A stretch of 29,855 nucleotides of DNA from Myxococcota bacterium (lineage in GTDB: Bacteria > Myxococcota_A > Polyangia > Polyangiales > Sandaracinaceae), in NCBI GenBank assembly GCA_036149055.1, contig JAYZQJ010000193.1:1-29855 (forward strand), given 5' to 3'. Shown in pieces: positions 1 to 9,748 of the stretch. A program made the translations under genes and the position numbers. Under the pieces are notes generated by a model. That model was not told where the DNA came from, searched no databases, and was given only the letters and a program-made list of their open reading frames with translations. The stretch's first letter is position 1; each line of letters starts with the position of its first letter.

Positions 1-90
1 GGGCGGCAGCGGGGGCCGGGGGCGGCAGCGGGGACGGCGGCAGCCGGCTCGCCGAGCTATTCCTCTTCGCCTCCCACCTCCCCCCTGCCT
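1..90 (+). repeat. 3' end of dispersed GC-rich tandem-array element (copy 1, truncated by window start) plus conserved pyrimidine-rich flank
   Basis: GGCGGCAGCGGGG-type units at 1-45. ATTCCTCTTCGCCTCCCACCTC at 59-80 matches the reverse complement of 8767-8788 at 21/22 positions, and 57-90 matches rc 8757-8790 at 29/34. Confidence 0.75.
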
Positions 91-211
91 TGCAACCTGA
101 GTGGACAACAAGAGCGACCATACCGGGGCTCGGTCTCGGTCCCGGAAAGAGAACGTCGGGACGAGATCGAGGAGGCTGGATCCTTGTCGACCCGTCAGGC
201 AGGCTCGGGCC

Positions 212-913
212 ATGAGATTTTCGTTCGCGGGAGCTGTCGCCGCGCTTCTCACGCTGCTCCCGCCGGGGTCGGTGGACGCTCAGTGCGCGGAAGGTCGGGT
301 GGTCGGGGCCGACACGTCGGGGCGCTGCTGCTGGCCGGGGCAGCGCTGGAACGACACGGCGGCGCGCTGCGAGGGGCCGCCCGCTTGCCCGGAGGGATGG
401 GGCGCGGAGGGGGACGAGTGCGTGCGCTCGGGGAGCACGTTCGACGACCCTGGCTACGACGAGCTCGCGCTCGACGAACCGAGGACGAGCCCGCCGCCGG
501 GTGGCGAGTGGGGCAGCGCGGAGCCCGCCGTCACGGGCGGGTGGCTCCGGCCGACCGGGCCGCCGCGCACCGAGCCGTTCATGGAGTGGCTCCACGTCGG
601 GATCACGCTCCTCTCGGTGGGATACGGGGCCAGCGTCACGTACGCCGTCCTCGGCCTCGGGAGCTATGGGTTCGGCTCGGAGCTCTGCTTCATCCCGCTC
701 GTCGGCGCGCTGCTCTGGCCGCTCGCGGGCAACGGATCCCTGGTGCTCGGCCTGCCCAGCTTCGGGGTGCAGCTCGTCGGGCTCGTGACGATGCTCGTGG
801 CCGGCATCGCGCGGCGCCCGGTCCGCAGCAGCTCGCCGTGGCACGCCGACGGCGGGCCCCGCCTGACCTCGGGCCCCGGCGAGCTCGGCCTGGGGTTGGA
901 GTGGGGCTTCTGA
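212..913 (+). CDS. Exported/membrane protein with Cys-rich N-terminal domain and C-terminal hydrophobic segments
   Basis: ATG at 212 gives a signal peptide (MRFSFAGAVAALLTLLPPGSVDA). This is followed by CAEG..GRCCWPGQRW..CEGPPACPEGW..C, a Pro/acidic linker and 2-3 hydrophobic helices, ending in LEWGF. Confidence 0.65.
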   Translation: MRFSFAGAVAALLTLLPPGSVDAQCAEGRVVGADTSGRCCWPGQRWNDTAARCEGPPACPEGWGAEGDECVRSGSTFDDPGYDELALDEPRTSPPPGGEWGSAEPAVTGGWLRPTGPPRTEPFMEWLHVGITLLSVGYGASVTYAVLGLGSYGFGSELCFIPLVGALLWPLAGNGSLVLGLPSFGVQLVGLVTMLVAGIARRPVRSSSPWHADGGPRLTSGPGELGLGLEWGF

Positions 914-986
914 GCGATCCCTGCGAGACCGCCCCTCCCGATCACCGCGACCACCGAAAGTCCAACTGTCGGCCCCTCGGACGCGT

Positions 987-1856
987 TCAGGACGTGATCT
1001 GGGTCCCGACGCCCTCGTCGGTGAAGATCTCGAGCAACGAGGCGTGCCGGGTGCGGCCGTCGATGACGTGGACCTTCTCCACGCCGGCTTCGATCGCCTC
1101 GAGGCCACACTGGACCTTGGGGATCATGCCGCCCTCGATCACGCCGTCGGCGATCAGGCTCCCGATCTCCTCCGCGCTCAGCGACGAGACCACCTTGCCC
1201 TCCCGGCCGCGGATGCCCTCGATGTCGGTCATCAGCACGAGCTTGGAGGCCTCGAGCGCCGCGGCCACCGCGCCGGCGACGGTGTCGGCGTTCACGTTCA
1301 GCGAGGCGCCGTCGGCGTCGACCGCGACCGGGGCGATGACCGGGATGAAGCCGCCGGCGACGAGCTGGTGCACGATCTTCGGGCGGACCTCGAGCATGCG
1401 GCCGACCCGGCCGGGGTCGACCTCGCGGCCGGCCTTGGTGCGCATGCGGTCGACCTTCTCCGCGAGCAGGAAGCCGTCGTCCTTGCCGCTCAGGCCGACC
1501 GCGCGGCCGCCGTGGCGGCAGACCAGCGAGACGATCTCCTGGTTGATCTTGCCGCCGAGCACCATCTCGACGACCTCCATCGTGTGGTCGTCGGTGACCC
1601 GGAGGCCGTCGATGCGCTCGGACTCGACGCCCATGCGGCCGAGCAGCTCGTCGATCTGGGGCCCGCCGCCGTGCACGACGATCGGGTTCAGGCCGACGTA
1701 GCGCATCAGCACGATGTCGCGGGCGAAGCCGTCTCGCAGCTCCGGGTCGACCATCGCGTGGCCGCCGTACTTGATGACGAAGGTCTTGCCGTGGAAGCGG
1801 CGGATGTACGGGAGCGCCTCGTGGAGGATCGCCGCCTTCTCGATCAGCTGCTGCAT
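987..1856 (-). CDS. argB: Acetylglutamate kinase
   Basis: Begins MQQLIEKAAILHEALPYIRRFHGKTFVIKYGGHAM; contains VHGGGPQI, GLRVTD, NVNAD and GGMIPKV. Start trimmed from the 598-aa ORF to ATG 1856. Confidence 0.95.
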   Translation of the reverse strand: MQQLIEKAAILHEALPYIRRFHGKTFVIKYGGHAMVDPELRDGFARDIVLMRYVGLNPIVVHGGGPQIDELLGRMGVESERIDGLRVTDDHTMEVVEMVLGGKINQEIVSLVCRHGGRAVGLSGKDDGFLLAEKVDRMRTKAGREVDPGRVGRMLEVRPKIVHQLVAGGFIPVIAPVAVDADGASLNVNADTVAGAVAAALEASKLVLMTDIEGIRGREGKVVSSLSAEEIGSLIADGVIEGGMIPKVQCGLEAIEAGVEKVHVIDGRTRHASLLEIFTDEGVGTQITS

Positions 1857-1897
1857 CGCGGCGCGAAGATAGCAGGCGACTCCGCGGGGGCGAGCGG

Positions 1898-2689
1898 TCA
1901 GCGCAGCCGCGCCAGCGCGCTCGGGCCGTCCTCGCCCCGAAGCCGCCGCACCGTGAGCACCTTGGCGCAGGTCCGCTCGCCCACCGCCACCCGGTGCGAG
2001 AGCGCGACGGCGCCGTCCGCGGCGCTCCCGACCACCTGCGTCTCGAGCCGCACCGCCTCGCGCGCGACCACGCCGCTCTGGAACCGCGCCTCCTCGGCCA
2101 CCGCCTGGAGCGCCACCGGGTCGAGCCCCTCCGCCGCCATCGCGCGCGCCGTCGCCTCGTCGGCCCAGTCCACGTAGGCGGGGTGGTTCACGTGATCGAG
2201 CGGGTCCATCCACGAGTGCCAGCACTCGAATTCGAAGGTGTGCACTCGCGCCCCCTCGATCCGCTCGAGCGCGGGGAGCGCGACCGAGGGCTCGTGCTCC
2301 TCCACCGCGAAGGCGTCGGCGAGCGCCGGCGAGGCGGGCGCCAGCTTCAGGTCCGCGGTCACGTGCACCCACTCCTGGGTCGCCGAGGCCACCGGGCCGC
2401 CCTCCCCCTCCACCCGGCACTCGCGGCGGAAGAACATCCCGCGGCGGAACCGGCTCGGCCAGGTCCGCCCGACCAGCGGCTCGCCATAGAGAGTCTCCCG
2501 ATGGTGAGTCACGGTCATGGCTCGGACGATGAACGACACGCCCTCCGCCCGGTAGCGCTCGGGCGGCCAGCCGGCGGCCGTCGATCCCCCGACCGCGACG
2601 TCCTGGAAAAGGCGCCAGAGATCGCCGGCTCGGGCCGCTTCGCGCGGGGAGAAGGCCGATCGCGGGAGGCTCACGGGGACGTCGAACAT
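1898..2689 (-). CDS. Acyl-ACP/acyl-CoA thioesterase, double hot-dog fold (FatB/acyl-ACP TE-like)
   Basis: 263 aa with two hot-dog-like halves. Contains LFQDVA, ASATQEWVHV and the catalytic-region motif DPLDHVNHPAY (cf. DxNxHVNN). Confidence 0.75.
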   Translation of the reverse strand: MFDVPVSLPRSAFSPREAARAGDLWRLFQDVAVGGSTAAGWPPERYRAEGVSFIVRAMTVTHHRETLYGEPLVGRTWPSRFRRGMFFRRECRVEGEGGPVASATQEWVHVTADLKLAPASPALADAFAVEEHEPSVALPALERIEGARVHTFEFECWHSWMDPLDHVNHPAYVDWADEATARAMAAEGLDPVALQAVAEEARFQSGVVAREAVRLETQVVGSAADGAVALSHRVAVGERTCAKVLTVRRLRGEDGPSALARLR

Positions 2690-2785
2690 GGGTCGGGGAA
2701 TAGCAGACGTGGCCCGGGCTCAAGAGCTGATGTTTCCAACCGTTGTTCCGTCGGGTCCGGAGAGCCCGGGGGAGGAAGGTCACAG

Positions 2786-4261
2786 ATGGTCAGGAGCGTC
2801 ACACAGGAGCACCGCCGAAAGGACGTCGTCGCGTCGGCCGCGGCCGCGCGCATCGTCCAAGAGGCGGTGAAGCCCGACTGCTCCGCCGCCGACCTCGCCG
2901 AGCTCGCGACCGCCGATCCCGGCTTCGCGATGCGCCTCCTGGCCCTGGTGAACAGCGCCGCCTACGGCCTGCCGAGCAAGGTGACCGACGTGCGCCGCGC
3001 CGCCGGGCTGCTCGGCGTGCGGGGGCTCCGGAACCTGGCCCTGAGCCTGATCGTCGGCGACATGGCGCCGATGAACGAGGGCGGGCGACTCCTGCTCGCC
3101 AACTCGATCCGCCGGGCCGGCGCGGCCCGCGCGATCGCCGCCGCGCTCGGCGAGCGGCAGCCCGACGAGCTCTTCACCGTGGGGCTCTTCCTCGAGAGCG
3201 GCCTGCTCGGGGTGGCCGCCGACGATCCGGAGACCGCGGCCGCGCTCGCGGGGTGCCCGGCGAGCCACCGGGTCGTGCGCGAGCGCGCCGGCGGGCTCCA
3301 GCCCCACCCGGAGCGAGGCGCGGCGCTGGCCGAGCGCATGGACCTGCCGCCGGAGACCATCGAGGCGATCCGGCGGCACCACGACGACACGCTGCCCGAG
3401 GGCCGGGTGGCCGGGGTGGCGTGGGTCGCCGAGCGCATGGCCGCCGTGTTCGAGGGGGGCGCGCCCCAGCAGGCCCGCGACGCCGCGATCGCCGCCGCCG
3501 CCGAGCTCGGGCTCGACGAGGCCGCCGCGTCCCGCATCCTCGACGAGATCCCGGCGATGGTCCGCGACGGCGCGAGCGCCTTCGACCGGGAGCTCGGCGA
3601 GCAGATCGACCTCGACGCGCTCGTCGCCGACGCCAACGCGAGCCTGGTCGAGATGAACCTCCAGTACGAGGAGATCATCCGCACCCTCGAGGCGGTGATC
3701 GCCGAGAAGGAGGCGCTCGCCCACGAGCTCGAGGAGGCCAACGCGCAGCTCTCGATGCTGGCGAGCACCGACGCGCTGACCGGGCTGCCCAACAAGCGCG
3801 CGCTGACCCAGGCCCTGGCCCGCGACCTCGCGCGCACCGACCGGCAGGCCGAGACCCTGAGCCTGGTGGTGGTCGACGTCGACCACTTCAAGAAGTTCAA
3901 CGACACCTGGGGCCACTCCACCGGCGACGAGGTCCTGCGGGTGGTCGGTCAGGTGCTCAAGACCGGGGTGCGCACCGGCGACATGGCCGCGCGCTACGGC
4001 GGCGAGGAGTTCGTCTTCATCCTGCCGAACACCGACGGCGACGGCGCCCACGTGGTCGCCGACCGGGTCCGCCGCAAGCTCGCCGGGACCGCGGTCGCCG
4101 GGCCCAAGGGCCCGCTCTTCGTCACCGCGAGCTTCGGCATCGCCACCGTCAGCGGCCCCGGCTGCAAGGACGCCGCCCAGTCGCTCTTCGAGGCCGCCGA
4201 CAAGGCGCTCTACGCGGCCAAGGAGGCGGGCCGCAACTGCGTGCAGCGCGCCGCCGCCTGA
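2786..4261 (+). CDS. HDOD-domain diguanylate cyclase (HDOD - coiled coil - GGDEF)
   Basis: GGAGGA RBS at 2771-2776 and ATG at 2786. HDOD motif DPGFAMRLLALVNSAAYGLPSKVTDVRRAAGLLG; GGDEF motifs TDALTGLPNKR, DVDHFKKFNDTWGH, RTGDMAARYGGEEF and ADKALYAAKEAGRN. Confidence 0.92.
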   Translation: MVRSVTQEHRRKDVVASAAAARIVQEAVKPDCSAADLAELATADPGFAMRLLALVNSAAYGLPSKVTDVRRAAGLLGVRGLRNLALSLIVGDMAPMNEGGRLLLANSIRRAGAARAIAAALGERQPDELFTVGLFLESGLLGVAADDPETAAALAGCPASHRVVRERAGGLQPHPERGAALAERMDLPPETIEAIRRHHDDTLPEGRVAGVAWVAERMAAVFEGGAPQQARDAAIAAAAELGLDEAAASRILDEIPAMVRDGASAFDRELGEQIDLDALVADANASLVEMNLQYEEIIRTLEAVIAEKEALAHELEEANAQLSMLASTDALTGLPNKRALTQALARDLARTDRQAETLSLVVVDVDHFKKFNDTWGHSTGDEVLRVVGQVLKTGVRTGDMAARYGGEEFVFILPNTDGDGAHVVADRVRRKLAGTAVAGPKGPLFVTASFGIATVSGPGCKDAAQSLFEAADKALYAAKEAGRNCVQRAAA

Positions 4262-4266
4262 CCGCG

Positions 4267-5693
<1,427 letters not shown>

Positions 5694-5697
<4 letters not shown>

Positions 5698-6242
5698 GCG
5701 CCCACCTCTTCCACCACGACCTCACGGTTCGTGTACACGCAGATCTCACCGGCGATCCGCAGAGACTCCTCGGCGACCTCCCGGGCGGTCTTGTCGGTGT
5801 GCCGCATCAAGGCCCGGGCCGCGGCGAGCGCGTAGCTGCCGCCGGAGCCGATCGCGATCACGCCCTCGTCGGGCTCGATGACGTCGCCGGTGCCGCTGAC
5901 GAGCAGCGTGCTCTGCGCGTCCATCACCACCAGCATCGCCTCGAGGCGGCGCAGGTAGCGGTCGGTGCGCCAGTCCTTGGCGAGCTCCACCGCGGCCCGC
6001 GGCAGGCTCCCGCCGTGCTCCTTGAGCTTGGACTCGAAGCGGTCGAGCAGGGTGAAGGCGTCGGCGCTCGCGCCGGCGAAGCCCGCGACCACGCGATCGT
6101 CGGCGATGCGCCGGACCTTGCGCGCGTGGCTCTTCATCACCGTCTGGCCCAGGGACACCTGGCCGTCGCCGGCCATGGCCGCCTTTCCGTCGCGTCGCAC
6201 CGCGACGATGGTGGTCGATCGAAAGCGCTTCTCTTCTTCCAC
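5694..6242 (-). CDS. hslV: ATP-dependent protease peptidase subunit HslV
   Basis: Short propeptide then [42 protein letters not shown] and ICVYTN. Likely GTG start at 6242 with a GGAGA RBS. Confidence 0.96.
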
Positions 6243-6270
6243 GGGTTCTCCGGCCAGAGGGACACGGAAG

Positions 6271-7098
6271 CTAGGGATCCCGGCCTCCCACGTCAACGGC
6301 GCGCGCCGCCGCCGGGTCGCTCACCAGGTGGAGGCGGACCCGCGCGCCGAGGGTCCGCCGGGCGAGGCCGCGCGCGACCCGGCCGGGGGCGACGAGGACG
6401 AGATCGGTGACGCCGTCCCGCGCGAGGCCCTCGAGCGTGGACACGAAGCGCACCGGGCGCACGACGTCCTCGGCGAGCGCGTCGGCGACGCCCGGACCGA
6501 AGGCCCGGCGGAGCGCGGCCCGGATCGGCGCGACCGCGGGGGCCATCGCCGGCGAGTGCCAGGCGCCGGAGACGTCGAGCGGGCGGCTCGGCCAGGGCGC
6601 GGACGTCGCGAACGCGCGCAGCGCGTCCTTCGGCCCGGAGACGACGGTCTCGTCGGGCGCGTTCTCGGCGGCGACGGTCAGCCCCTCGGGCAGCGCGGCG
6701 GCGACCTCGGCCGCGCCCGCCCGGAGCGCGAGCATGCCGCCGCCCGCGTGCTCGGCCATGCGCCGCCCCCGCTCGGCCGCGAGCGCGATCGCCTCGTCGG
6801 CCGGCAGCCCCGCCGACCACGCGGCGGCGGTGAGCGCCCCGAGCGAGTGTCCGGCCGACGCGTGCCGGGGCACCCCCGCCTCCCGGAGCGCCTCGGCGCA
6901 GGCCCAGGCGACGGCGACCAGGGTGGGCTGCAGCACCTCGGTCCGCCGGAGCGCGCGCCCTCCCCGCTCGAGCGCGCGCCGCACGTCGACGCCGGTCTCC
7001 GCCGACGCGCGCTCGAGCAGGCGCGGCGCGGCCGGGAACGCGAGGCCCATGCCCGGCTCCTCGGCGCCCTGACCGGGGAAGATCCAACCGACGCGCAC
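6271..7098 (-). CDS. FabD-like ACP S-acyltransferase (malonyl-CoA:ACP transacylase family)
   Basis: IFPGQG, TEVLQP, catalytic GHSLG, conserved Arg in [23 protein letters not shown] and PVRF. Likely GTG start at 7098. Confidence 0.88.
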   Translation of the reverse strand: MRVGWIFPGQGAEEPGMGLAFPAAPRLLERASAETGVDVRRALERGGRALRRTEVLQPTLVAVAWACAEALREAGVPRHASAGHSLGALTAAAWSAGLPADEAIALAAERGRRMAEHAGGGMLALRAGAAEVAAALPEGLTVAAENAPDETVVSGPKDALRAFATSAPWPSRPLDVSGAWHSPAMAPAVAPIRAALRRAFGPGVADALAEDVVRPVRFVSTLEGLARDGVTDLVLVAPGRVARGLARRTLGARVRLHLVSDPAAARAVDVGGRDP

Positions 7099-7126
7099 CT
7101 CCCCGCGATGCGAGGCCGGGGCGGCC

Positions 7127-8710
7127 GTGTCAAGAAGGGGCGTGGCCTCGGCGAGCTGGATCCGCGCCCGGCGCACGCTCCCCCGGCGCTGGGACGCGAT
7201 CGTGATCGGCGCGGGCGTGGGCGGGCTGGTGGCCGCGTCGCTCCTCGCGCGGCGCGGCGGCCTCCGGGTCCTGGTGCTGGAGCGGCACTACGCGCTCGGC
7301 GGGCTCACGCAGACGTTCTCGCGGCGCCGCTTCCGCTTCGAGGTCGGCGTGCACTACGTCGGCGACGTCGGCCATCGGCGCGCGCCGCTCGGCCGGCTGA
7401 TGGCGGAGGCCACCGGCGACCGGCTCGAATGGCAGCCGCTGCCGCGCGCGTTCGACCGGATCTCGTTCGAGGGCGAGGAGGTGAGGATCGCGGGCGGGCT
7501 CGACGCGCTGCGCGACGCCTACCTCCGCTTCGCGCCCGGGGAGCGGGTCGCGATCGATCGCTACCTCGAGGACCTGCGCCGCTGCGCCCGGGAGGGCCCG
7601 GCCTACCTGCTCGCCGATCCCGCGCGGCGCGGTCGGGCGCCCTTCCGCCGCTTCAGCGACGTCACCACCGCGGCCCACCTCGAGGCGCTCGGCCTCTCGC
7701 CCCGGCTGGCCGCGCTCGCCACCACCCACTTCGGCAACTACGGCGCGCTCCCCGAGGAGAGCAGCTTCGCCGCCCACGCGATGGCCACCGCGCACTACCT
7801 CGGCGGCGCGTTCTTCCCGGTCGGCGGCGGCGACGCGATCTCGGGCGCGCTGGTCGCCGCCCTCGAGGAGCGCGGCGGGCGCGCGCTGGTGCGGGCCCCG
7901 GTGGCGTCGATCCGGCGAGACGGAGATCGGGCGCTCGGCGTGCGGATGGAGGACGGAACGGAGCTGGACGCGCCGGTCGTGATCTCCGCCGCCGGGGCCC
8001 GGCAGACCTACGGGGCGCTGCTCGACGAGGACGCGCCCGAGGTCGGCGCGCTGCGCGAGGAGGTGCGCGCCATCGGTCCCTCGGGCGCCCACACCGCGCT
8101 CTACGTGGGCCTCTCTCGGACCGCGGCCGAGCTCGGTCTCCGCGGCGAGAACCGCTGGCTCTCCACCCGGGCCGAGCTCCGCGCGCCGGCCCGGCTCGAG
8201 CGCTGGATCGCCGGCGAGGAGGGCCCGAGCGGCCTCTTCGTCTCGTTCCCGAGCGCCAACGATCCGCGCTTCGAGACGCGCCACCCCGGGCGCGCGACCC
8301 TGGTGGCCTCGGTGCTCCAGCCGTTCTCCCCGTGGTCCGGGTGGACGCAGACCGAAGCGCAGCGCCGCCCGGCGGGATACGAGCAGCTCAAGGCCCGGCT
8401 CGCCCGGGACGTGCTCGCGAAGGTGCGCGCGCTCGCGCCCGAGATCGAGGGCGCCATCGAGCACGTCGAGATGTCGTCCCCGCTGAGCACCCGCGCCTTC
8501 ACCGGGCACCCGAGCGGCGAGACCTGCGGCCTGCTCCACTCCCCGGCCCGCTTCCGATCCCGCGTCGGCCCCCGCACCCCGCTCCGAGGCCTCTACCTCT
8601 CCGGCCAGGACGCTTGGCTCTGCGGAGTCGGCGGCGCCGCCTTCGGCGCCCTCGCCTGCGCCTCCCTCGTCCTCCGGAGAGACCTCATGCGCGCCGTCCT
8701 GTTCGGCTGA
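7127..8710 (+). CDS. FAD-dependent oxidoreductase of the phytoene desaturase (CrtI)/retinol saturase family
   Basis: Rossmann motif DAIVIGAGVGGL, ERHYALGG, FEVGVHY, FPSANDP, SSPLST and GLYLSGQD..GVGGA. Exact start uncertain (GTG 7127 or 7142). Confidence 0.88.
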   Translation: MSRRGVASASWIRARRTLPRRWDAIVIGAGVGGLVAASLLARRGGLRVLVLERHYALGGLTQTFSRRRFRFEVGVHYVGDVGHRRAPLGRLMAEATGDRLEWQPLPRAFDRISFEGEEVRIAGGLDALRDAYLRFAPGERVAIDRYLEDLRRCAREGPAYLLADPARRGRAPFRRFSDVTTAAHLEALGLSPRLAALATTHFGNYGALPEESSFAAHAMATAHYLGGAFFPVGGGDAISGALVAALEERGGRALVRAPVASIRRDGDRALGVRMEDGTELDAPVVISAAGARQTYGALLDEDAPEVGALREEVRAIGPSGAHTALYVGLSRTAAELGLRGENRWLSTRAELRAPARLERWIAGEEGPSGLFVSFPSANDPRFETRHPGRATLVASVLQPFSPWSGWTQTEAQRRPAGYEQLKARLARDVLAKVRALAPEIEGAIEHVEMSSPLSTRAFTGHPSGETCGLLHSPARFRSRVGPRTPLRGLYLSGQDAWLCGVGGAAFGALACASLVLRRDLMRAVLFG

Positions 8711-8756
8711 GCCTCACCAACCCCGAGTCCCGACGCCCTCGTCCTCGACGCATGTC

Positions 8757-9010
8757 AGGGAGGAGAGAGGTGGGAGGCGAGGAGGAATGGCCAGCCAGGT
8801 CGATCCCGGCGCCGCCCCCGCCCCCGCTGCCGCGCCCGGTCCCGCTGCCGCGCCCGGTCCCGCTGCCGCGCTCGCTGCCGCTCCCGCTGCCGCGCTCGCT
8901 GCCGCGCTCGCTGCCGGACCCGCTGCCGCTGCCGCGCTCGCTGCCGGACCCGCTGCCGCTGCCGCGCTCGCTGCCGGACCCGCCGCCACTGCCGCGCTCG
9001 CTGGCAAGCA
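8757..9010 (-). repeat. Complete copy (copy 2, inverted) of dispersed tandem-array element
   Basis: Intergenic between convergent genes. Contains 18-bp units (CCCGCTGCCGCGCCCGGT x2) and 30-bp units CTGCCGGACCCGCTGCCGCTGCCGCGCTCG at 8911, 8941 and 8971 (the third with 2 changes). Conserved flank GAGGTGGGAGGCGAGGAGGAAT at 8767-8788. Confidence 0.9.
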
Positions 9011-9033
9011 GCCCCCCCACCGGGCGAGACAGC

Positions 9034-9687
9034 TCATCCGGTCGCGCGACGGCCGGCGGGGAGGGTGTCCCAGCTGGCGAAGCGGCGGAGGGCGGTGCGG
9101 TCGTCGTAAGGCGTCAGGGCGAGCTGGGAGAGGACGCGGGCCACCTCGGGCTCGACGCAGACGAAGGCGCGGCGGCCATGGGTGCCGTTCAGCTCGATGA
9201 AGCGCGCGTCGTGGTCGCGGCGAGCGAGCAGGACGTTGACGCCCTTGAGGATCGCGTCGGTGCGCTCGTCGGGCACGCGGCGGGTGTGGCGCTCGAGGCG
9301 CGCGTGGCGGCTGACCCGGGAGAGCGCGACCCGCTCGCCCATCGCCTCGATGACGAAGGCGGTCCGGCCGCGCGCGGCGCGCCAGGGCGCGAGGTGCGGC
9401 AGGGCGTGGGTGATCTGCTCGAGCACGCTGCCGGGATCCACCTCCCCGCGCACCTCCACGAAGCCGTTCCGCTGGCGGCGCCAGAGCGCCTCCGGCCAGT
9501 CGCCGTCGGCGAGGTGGAAGGCGTGCAGGAGCTCGGCGGCCGCCGAGGGAGAGACCGGTTGGGTCGCCGCCTGGCCGAGGGCGCTCCCGGCCCACTTGGC
9601 GGTCGCGTCCTCGAGCACGCCCACCTTGCGAAGGCGCGCGAGCAGCTCGAGCCAGCTCGGATGCATCAGGGGAAGGGGACGCGACAT
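9034..9687 (-). CDS. Hypothetical protein
   Basis: ~217-aa ORF with normal composition. ATG 9687 is preceded by GAGGT. No recognisable motif. Confidence 0.65.
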   Translation of the reverse strand: MSRPLPLMHPSWLELLARLRKVGVLEDATAKWAGSALGQAATQPVSPSAAAELLHAFHLADGDWPEALWRRQRNGFVEVRGEVDPGSVLEQITHALPHLAPWRAARGRTAFVIEAMGERVALSRVSRHARLERHTRRVPDERTDAILKGVNVLLARRDHDARFIELNGTHGRRAFVCVEPEVARVLSQLALTPYDDRTALRRFASWDTLPAGRRATG

Positions 9688-9748
9688 GGGGGACCTCACC
9701 ACCGCTCGGCGGACAACATGACACACGGGCCCCCACCGGGCACGCGCG

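Noticed and set aside
2690..2785. Sigma54 or sigma70 promoter in the divergent intergenic region
   Set aside because: TGGC is present but there is no correctly spaced TTGC and no convincing -35/-10 pair.
7127..8710. Carotenoid biosynthesis (crtI)
   Set aside because: There is no phytoene synthase or other crt gene nearby, and the motifs fit the broader RetSat-like group. No symbol assigned.
8815..9005. CRISPR array interpretation of the 30-bp repeats (also 29660-29855)
   Set aside because: The units are directly abutting with no unique spacers, are low-complexity, and no cas genes are present.
8787..9200. Ala/Pro-rich ORF (and the Gly/Ser-rich antisense ORF 8685-9020) across the repeat
   Set aside because: These are translations of the hexamer array and overlap real neighbouring genes. 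The ATG corresponds to ATA in copy 1.
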